Program-made: the position numbers and the translations under genes
The notes under the pieces: model-generated
Told to the model about the DNA's origin: nothing
Database searches by the model: none
What the model saw: only the letters and a program-made list of their open reading frames with translations
Shown here: positions 56,482 through 64,000 of the stretch, in pieces
Position numbering within the stretch: the first letter of the stretch is position 1
Layout: the number at the start of each line of letters is the position of its first letter
NCBI RefSeq assembly: GCF_006345805.1
Contig: NC_043012.1
Location: forward strand, 30,628,001-30,692,000
Direction: 5' to 3'
Length of the DNA stretch: 64,000 nucleotides
DNA from: Octopus sinensis
Taxonomy: Eukaryota

Positions 56482-57175
56482 CACGAGGGAATGTCAAAAA
56501 TTATACGCACTCTTGTTTTTCAATGTATTTACACATAAGCTGGGGATAAACAAGTCGTTTTTCTGCATAGTCTCCTTCCTTTCCGATGCACTTGGTCCAG
56601 CAGTCCACATGTTTGCGTATTCCTTCCAAGAAGGAGGTCTTCCGTTGGTTGTGCAACCATATGCACCGCTTCTTTCACAACTTCATCCGTAGGAAATCGA
56701 CGACTTTGTAAACCATCTTTGAGTAGTCCAAAGATATGATAGTCGGAAGGGGCGAGACCTGGGCTGTAGGCAGGGTGTTCAAGCACCTCAAAACACAATT
56801 GGTTAATGGTTTCAACGGTCTGGGTGGCCGTGTGTGGACGTGCATTGTCATGCAACAACAAAACTTTCTTCAACAATAGGCTTCGGCATTTGGTGCGAAT
56901 TGATGGCTTCAGTTTGTTGGCCAGCAAAGCCCTGCGTCTTGCTCTGTTGCCTTTTCCAGAGAAATCAGATCACTGCCCTTTGTTCTTCTTTGGTGAACAT
57001 TGCCAGTGGAGCGGCCAAGCTAATACTGTAAGGCCAGAAAGAAAAATGGCGCGATCAGGCTCAAACTTCGACCACGTGACCGCAATAGTACCAACTATAA
57101 GCAAGCATGCACAGAAGGCAGTATAATAGTAATTAAGATATGTTATGGCGAAAGTGCGGATATTGGACTTCCCCT
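56482..57175 (-). mobile_element. Internally deleted mariner (DD34D) transposon with both ends
   Basis: Transposase remnant LLLHDNARPH...HPAYSPGLAPSDYHIFG is fused to an N-terminal stub MFTKEEQRAVI*FLWK. TIR-like ends (cacgaggg...aaaaattatacgcact / agtgcggatat...cccct) are flanked by TA within (TA)n. Confidence 0.92.
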
Positions 57176-57195
57176 TATATATATATATATATATA

Positions 57196-57400
57196 AACTC
57201 TTTACTCTTACTTGTTTCAGTCATTTGACTGTGGCCATGCTGGAGCATCGCCTTTAGTCGAACAAATCGACCCCAGGATTTATCCTTTGCAAGCTTAGTA
57301 CTTATTCTATCGGTCTCTTTTGCCGAACCGCAAGTTACGGGGACGTAAACATTAGCATCGGTTGTCAAGAGATGTTGGGTGGGGGGAACAAACAGACACA

Positions 57401-57445
<45 letters not shown>

Positions 57446-57480
57446 CACACACACACACACACAATACACACATATGTATA
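57196..57480 (-). mobile_element. SINE family A, 3' half
   Basis: tactcttacttgtttcagtcatttgactgtggccatgctggagc...catcggttgtcaag. Confidence 0.88.
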
Positions 57481-58134
57481 TATATCTTTCTGTGTATCTC
57501 GCTCTCTAAACACACATACACAGATAAGCATAGACACAACGGAACCTTTATTTGGTTGTCTGACCTGCTAGAAATAGTAACCACATCATATTGCTGCAAA
57601 TATATAGGGCCACACTGAACAATGTATTCCCCGGTGTACGAAGGTACGAGAAGGCCGTGGCTCTGATCATTGGTCAATTTAATCAGGACAGACCCAGAGT
57701 TAAACAACCACAACACCAACAACAGGCTCCATATAATTCCATGGATATGTTTATACACAGAAACAGACACACAGATATACAAAGACAAACGTTTTATACA
57801 TTTCTAAATCTAGTTAAGGCAACATAAACATGGAATATTTACTACTAATTATATACACACAACTAAACACTCACAGTTACACACACACGCACAGAGATAG
57901 AGAGAGATTGTTAAATGGATACATACGTACATTCATACACACTGGTATAGATGCAGCGAGCTTTACCGTAATTGATATATGCAAATACTTAACAGACATA
58001 ATCATTTTATTATACACACCAAAACTATACACCCGTATATATACAATCAAATACATCTGTATATATTATATATATACATCTGTATATATTATGAATAGAC
58101 GATAAACTCATACTCATACTTGAAATGCTTCCAT

Positions 58135-59030
58135 TGTCGTTTTAGAGCTATTTAGACTTTTGAGGTGTTTAGATACTGAAAATTTCTATAGATGTCTAAG
58201 TCGTGTTTAGATGTGTAAGATGTGCTTAGACTTCTATGTCGTGTTTTGAATTCATGGTTTGATGTGTTTAGATGTGTTTAGATGTCTATGACATTTTGCC
58301 TATGACGTGTTTAATATATCTTTAGTTATCTCACTTGCGTTTTGAAATCTATATATATAAAGCTGAAGTTGTCTGTGTGTGGCAGGTTTGGTAGCCTTCA
58401 ACCAACACTATCTCCTCCGAGACCCTGCGGCGCAAGTTGACCAAAATTGAGAGCATGATAGAAGAAGGCTTGCTCTTCCTTCCGTAGAAGAAAAAATTCA
58501 AACCGGACCATGTTAACACCAAAAATTATTTACATCAAAAAGGAGCTTGTTTTTTCTATAAATTTTCCTATTTTTTACGATTTTTTTTACTGCTGTATCG
58601 CCATTTTTCAGTGTATTTCAATCAGAAAAATGTTTACTTAAAGAGAATAACAAGCTACATAATGCAAAATTCTTACTTTTCAAAAATTCCAATTCTAAAG
58701 GGTCGAAACAAACCCGAGCAACGCTGGGCGATACTGCTAGTTTAAATCTATTTAGACTTTTTACGATGTCTTTAGGCGACAAAGTTGTTTTTATGTCTCA
58801 TTCGTGTTTAGATACCTAAGATGTGTTTAGAGGTTTCAAAAATGTTTTTCATCTTAGATGTTTTTACATACCGAACGTCTTTTGATATTGGGAATATCTA
58901 TAGACATCTAAGTCAAGCTTTGATCTTTCAGATGTGTTAAGATGTCTATGATGTGTTTAGATATCCAAGGCGCTTTGGTTCAGTCGTGTTCAGATGTCTT
59001 ATACGTGTTCAGATGGTCTCAGATATGCTT
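58135..59030. repeat. Degenerate satellite of about 10 bp (tttagatgtg/c), interrupted by a Helitron
   Basis: Many ttagatgt variants on both sides of 58348-58740. Confidence 0.75.
58348..58740 (+). mobile_element. Non-autonomous Helitron, 393 bp
   Basis: A|TCTATATATATAAAGC ... aaacccgagcaacgctgggcgatactgCTAG|T. Confidence 0.88.
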
Positions 59031-59407
59031 CCTTCTTTAGAGACACCGACTGGGAGGGAGGGTTAGCTGAGGTTTTATTTTGATATGAAGTGTGACAAAC
59101 ATAAATTTCTCTCTGGAATGAGCATGTTTTTTCCTCAAATAATCTTCTACCTATTATTGCATGTGTCAGGTTTAGGGTAAAAAAAAAATACAGAAAAAAG
59201 TTTATTTACTGGCTAGAAGGACTACAAGGCCTTCGTAGTAGGCTTGCAGTCGCAGTTTATGAAGAGGTGATAAAACCTGGAGCCATACTCAGTCGGCTTT
59301 ATGGCACATTGACGATCAGATCAGCTTCTCAGATTCAAACAAGATCACCTCTTGCGTGCTCTTTTGCCTCGCTTGCATATTTTCGTGTGCGCGCGCCACC
59401 ACACATA

Positions 59408-59457
<50 letters not shown>

Positions 59458-59873
59458 TACATCATATAAATACGCATACTTACGCGCACACACAAACAAA
59501 CGCATATTGTTCATCGGTAATTGCTTTGATTGCATTTTTCCAAAAAGAAAACTAATTAATACTATTATTAAGTGATACAATTGTCCTTAAACTCTTAAAA
59601 TTTTTACATTTTGATTAAAGAGGAGGGAAAGAAAGAAGATGAGAGAGAGAGTAAAATGAAATAATGTATGTATGTATGTATGTATGTATGTGTATGCATT
59701 GAAATTACATAAATGAAACAGAAATCTATTCTTAGCCACCAGTGCATTATCAAACGTTGAAATTCCTGCACCTGGTTCCAGTGGAAATTTATTTATTTAA
59801 ACCTCGCACACTATTTGGAGCAGATCCAGTAATAAGGAGAGGGAAAGGGAGAGATTGATAAATAGAGAGAGGG

Positions 59874-59919
<46 letters not shown>

Positions 59920-60136
59920 ACTTTCAGCATATTACTTCATACACGTTTGGTCTTCCTAAATCTACCACTGGCTTATTTATTACAAAAACAGAAAGAAAAG
60001 CTAATGGACGAAGGCGTGGAGGAGTTACTAATGCGTTTAATCGTCAATTGTTGAGGTAGCGTGTTCGACCTTATTGCATGGCAAATTGGACAAATCTCTT
60101 CAACCACAACCGGGTGTCAATTCAAGTCTTGTGAGT

Positions 60137-60298
60137 ATTTCGTCTGTCATTACGTTCTGAGTTCAAATTCCGCCGAGATCGACTTTGCCTTTTATCATTT
60201 TGAGGTCGATAAATTAAGTACCAGTTGCGTTCTAGGGTCGATCTAGTCGACTGGCCCCCTGCCCCAAAATTTCGGGCCTCGTGCCTAGAGTAGAAAAG
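60137..60298 (+). mobile_element. SINE family B with 18-bp target-site duplication
   Basis: aattcaagtcttgtgagt occurs at 60119-60136 and 60299-60316. Confidence 0.92.
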
Positions 60299-60767
60299 AA
60301 TTCAAGTCTTGTGAGTGGAATCTGGTAGTCGGGCATTCCATCGATCCATCCGAGTTCTTCGATAGAAAGCTTTAATATCGTAGCCACAGACATCTAAAGT
60401 TTATCTCTGAGACGGTAATGGAAGCATTCCAAGTTGAAGATCAAAAGGGAGATGTTTCTGCGGGTTTATTCATAATATATACAAATGTCTTTTGCGTGTA
60501 TATGTTATTATTTAGGTGTTTCCATCATCGAACTTCGGCCAGGCTGGGCACCGCCTTGAAAAATTTCGCCAAACAAATCCGCCCCAGGTCTGCTACTTGT
60601 ACTACAATCAGTGCTCTTTTGCCGTACTGTTAATATGTGAGAACATAAACAAACCAACACCAGTCGTCATGCATTGGTAGAGGAGAATCACAAACAATGA
60701 TACATGCACATATTTAATCTCTATGTCTGTTTGTCTGGCTGGCTATCGATATATCTATCCCTATGTA

Positions 60768-60815
<48 letters not shown>

Positions 60816-60987
60816 CGTGTGTGTGTAAGTGTGTGTGTGTGTGTGTGTGTATACATGTATATACGACGGGCTTCTACATAATTTCCATCCCCTAAATTCA
60901 CTCATAACGTATCGGTCGGCTCGGGATTATGGAAGAAGGCTATGTTTAATATAGTGAATATATGAATGTATTAAGCGTTTACTTATA

Positions 60988-61486
60988 TGTGGTCTGATCA
61001 ATAAGTATCCGGACTGTTGCCATAGAAACGAAGCTAAAATACGAAAAGTAAAGCTGCCAGGCGCAGATTGACCTTGAACTCTGCTATGCATGTGCACTAA
61101 GTTTTAACGTCCTAGCTCACTTCTGGTTGCGAGTCTCCCAGAAACTTCGTCGCTAGCGACACATTTGTGGCCATCTTGGGAACGTCTGAACTACTCATAG
61201 ATTTGTGTGCAACTCATGCACTTCTCTTCATACGCTTTCTGTAGCCTTGCGTAGGCCTCTAAGCAGGTGTCGCCATGACAACTTTCTCTGTCATTATCAA
61301 TGCGATGATCACACGCTACACATGTTCCTTCCAAGCATTGCTGTAAACAGCGGAAGTCAGCTAGAACATTAAAACTTAGTGTGCATGCATAACAGAGTCC
61401 AAGATCAATCTGTGACAAGCAGCTTCACTGTGTGCTTTAAGTTCGTTACTATGGTAACAGTCCAGATACTTACTGATCAAACCTCG
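60988..61486 (-). mobile_element. Tc1/mariner-derived MITE with inverted repeats of about 140 bp
   Basis: TA|tgtggtctgatcaataagtatccggac ... gtccagatacttactgatcaaacctcg|TA. The interior encodes an HTH remnant EAYARLQKAYEEKCMSCTQIYE*FRR. Confidence 0.88.
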
Positions 61487-62512
61487 TATGTATTATATAA
61501 AGTACGCTTACATCTATCCCCGTTCCTATATGTGTATGTAGGTTTCAATTCAACTTTGTTTCTATCTGTCTATTGATGTATCTATCTACACGTAGTTGTG
61601 TATGTATGTAGGTGTGTCGAGTATATGTATGTGTGTCGATGTGAGTCTAATTACGTGGTAGGGTGGACTGAGCCGGTAAGTCCCAGAACCAATCTTGGAC
61701 AGCGCGCTTTGTCACGCTTCTTATGCCCGAGGTTGATATTAAAGCTACAAATTCCTGTGGAATTCTAAGCCGTATGCGGTTATTCAATGAACTCAGTTGA
61801 TGGAACCATAAGAAGAGTCATCGCATCAACCGACGGAGGATCTATTTATAAATAGGTTATTTTATAGCAAAACGTATATCCATTAGGTTGATGATAATTT
61901 TCGATTCCTCTTACAAGGATCATCAGAGATTAACCATCATTTCCTTGATGTTGAGGTTAGTGATTATCTCCCATGCCAGTTCAGATTGAGTATTGAGTAA
62001 ACTATGACCAAAGCAACACACCGTTTGTTTGCATTTTTGTTTGTTAAATACGATTGGCAATTATCTGAAGGAAATTTGACTGCTATTTATTCTTCGACGA
62101 TTTTGTCAAAAAAGTTATCCAGAACAAAGTAAATCTCGCTACCGTGAAGCTTTATGCTCAATTCTCTCTCTCTCTGTCTACCTCTCACTCACTGTTTATC
62201 TCTCTCCACCTTCTCCTTCGCCTCTCTCTCTCCGCTTTGTCTCTCACTTTCCTATGAGCGCCCATGTAGAGATTGGCTGCAGACATTCGACACCATTCAT
62301 TCTCAGTGTCTTTAATTTACTCTCATTCATATGACGTCATAATAATAAACTGTGTTGCGATGCTCTTTCTGAAAAAAGAACAGAAATTCGAAACGTCAAA
62401 GAAACCTCTTGCCTCTCGTCTACACTGATCACATTTTGCATTCTGTGTTCATAATCTCATCACGTGATACATACGTACATACATTATATTATATATATAT
62501 ATATATATATTA

Positions 62513-62567
<55 letters not shown>

Positions 62568-62583
62568 CATATATATACATACA

Positions 62584-62617
<34 letters not shown>

Positions 62618-63052
62618 AGAACATAGACACACACATATATGTAAGCTCATATATATATATATTCCCTGCTTATCTGTTATATGTGTGTCTGTATGTATAC
62701 AGATACTCAAGCATGCATTATATTAACATAGGTATGAACTCACAGAAGCATGTATATGTAAGTGTATATATGTACGTATATGAAAGTGTGCGTATGTCAA
62801 AATATTATGAGCTGCATTAACCTTTAACAGAGAATATTGGTTTACACAAGAGATTGAAAGGAAAACTAAACTCGACGCCATTTCAAATTGGCTTCCATTA
62901 CAACAGAAACAAGCAGAAAGTTTCACTTTGGCATTTGCTCGTTGTTGTTGCTGTTGTGACTGCTGTTGTTTTTGTTGTAACTTATGTTGTAGGTCTGACA
63001 CTATTTACATATCGTTGCTCTATTTCTTTTCGTTCATTTTGCATTTAAGCGC

Positions 63053-63095
<43 letters not shown>

Positions 63096-63648
63096 GAGTG
63101 AGAGAGGAGTTCATGCCATCAAAGGGACACTGGGGTAAAATATACGAAGCCCAATATACCCATCATGACTACCCGTCTGATAAGGGTACACCAGGCACAT
63201 GCATCACAACCATATGTGCGCGACATGGTGATCTCATATCAAGATAAACAAGCACATGACCTTGCAGGTGGGGCCCAGTTAGAATTTTCTTCAGGTTGAG
63301 TAGCCCATCCCCTCAAAAGGTCCCTGAATAAGGGTTTTTAAGGATGTTGAAAGAAACACCCATGTTTCCAGAGGTGAATTATTCAAACCCCAAAGAATCC
63401 CTCTCAACACATGGCTATGATGCTCCCCCACTACTTCTGCTCGTGATCAGAGATGCACATATCGTCAGCCACTAAGGGACATGCTCAACTGGTTTAGGTC
63501 AAACAACTGACAAGCAAATCTGTAGTGTTGAGCAGAATATTTGCTGTAACCCATGTTTTATACCAAGACAAAACAGTGTACATGATAACACTTCAAATCA
63601 GTTAAGATCAGAAGCCACGAGAGCCACTGCCTGGTACTGCATCAGGAC
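63096..63648. mobile_element. Non-coding element of about 550 bp inserted in (TAA)n
   Basis: Complex sequence with sharp (ATT)n boundaries on both sides and no ORF. Orientation and class are uncertain. Confidence 0.55.
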
Positions 63649-63709
<61 letters not shown>

Positions 63710-63712
<3 letters not shown>

Positions 63713-63925
63713 TAGTTTTATTTTTATAGCGTGCTTTCACTTCACTACCGAGCGCAGCTCTGTGTGCCTTGGGTATGTGCTGTGATTTGTTGTGATGCTC
63801 TGATGGTTATTGTATGGAAAGTGTTCTGCGTAAGATGTGTGCAGTGCCTAGTAGTGCAATTTTCTGTATGTTATATGTGTTTGTAAGTCCTGGTGTTTTT
63901 GTTATGTATTTGTCTGAATATTTTT
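63710..63925 (-). mobile_element. RLE-type (R4/Dong-like) LINE 3' end within (TAA)n
   Basis: Minus-strand TPGLTNTYNIQKIALLGTAHILRRTLSIQ* followed by a short 3' UTR and an (AAT)n tail at 63649-63709. Confidence 0.88.
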
Positions 63926-63945
63926 TTATTATTATTTTATTATTA

Positions 63946-63982
<37 letters not shown>

Positions 63983-64000
63983 TATTATTATTATTATTAT

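Noticed and set aside
56970-57788. Longest ORF in the track (272 aa)
   Set aside because: It is a chance read-through of SINE fragments, a (CA)n tract and the mariner 5' end.
62723-63060. PolyQ ORF and an antisense Cys-rich frame (EYWFTQEIERK...)
   Set aside because: The composition is driven by a (GTT)n microsatellite and there is no credible donor.

Overview
AT-rich, repeat-dense eukaryotic DNA that looks intronic or intergenic. The SINE families and microsatellite load resemble a coleoid cephalopod, most likely Octopus; this is inferred from recalled repeat families, not from a search. I found no host protein-coding gene, rRNA, tRNA gene or CRISPR array that I can identify with confidence. 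Most listed ORFs are artefacts of (TA)n, (CA)n, (TAGA)n and (GA)n tracts. Supported content: three tRNA-type SINE families, three Tc1/mariner derivatives, two non-autonomous Helitrons sharing a 3' end, three 3' fragments of RLE-type (R4/Dong-like) LINEs tied to (TAA)n, an RTE-like 5' region, Penelope-like remnants, several minisatellites and a few low-confidence candidate exons. The most interesting signal is a layer of self-cleaving-ribozyme motifs: a fully canonical type I hammerhead (6189-6310), about eight further hammerhead-like motifs from several repeat families, two long palindromes centred on hammerhead helix-III remnants, and an HDV-like nested pseudoknot at the start of the RTE-like element (53234-53289). 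All folds were read by eye and none has been tested for activity.
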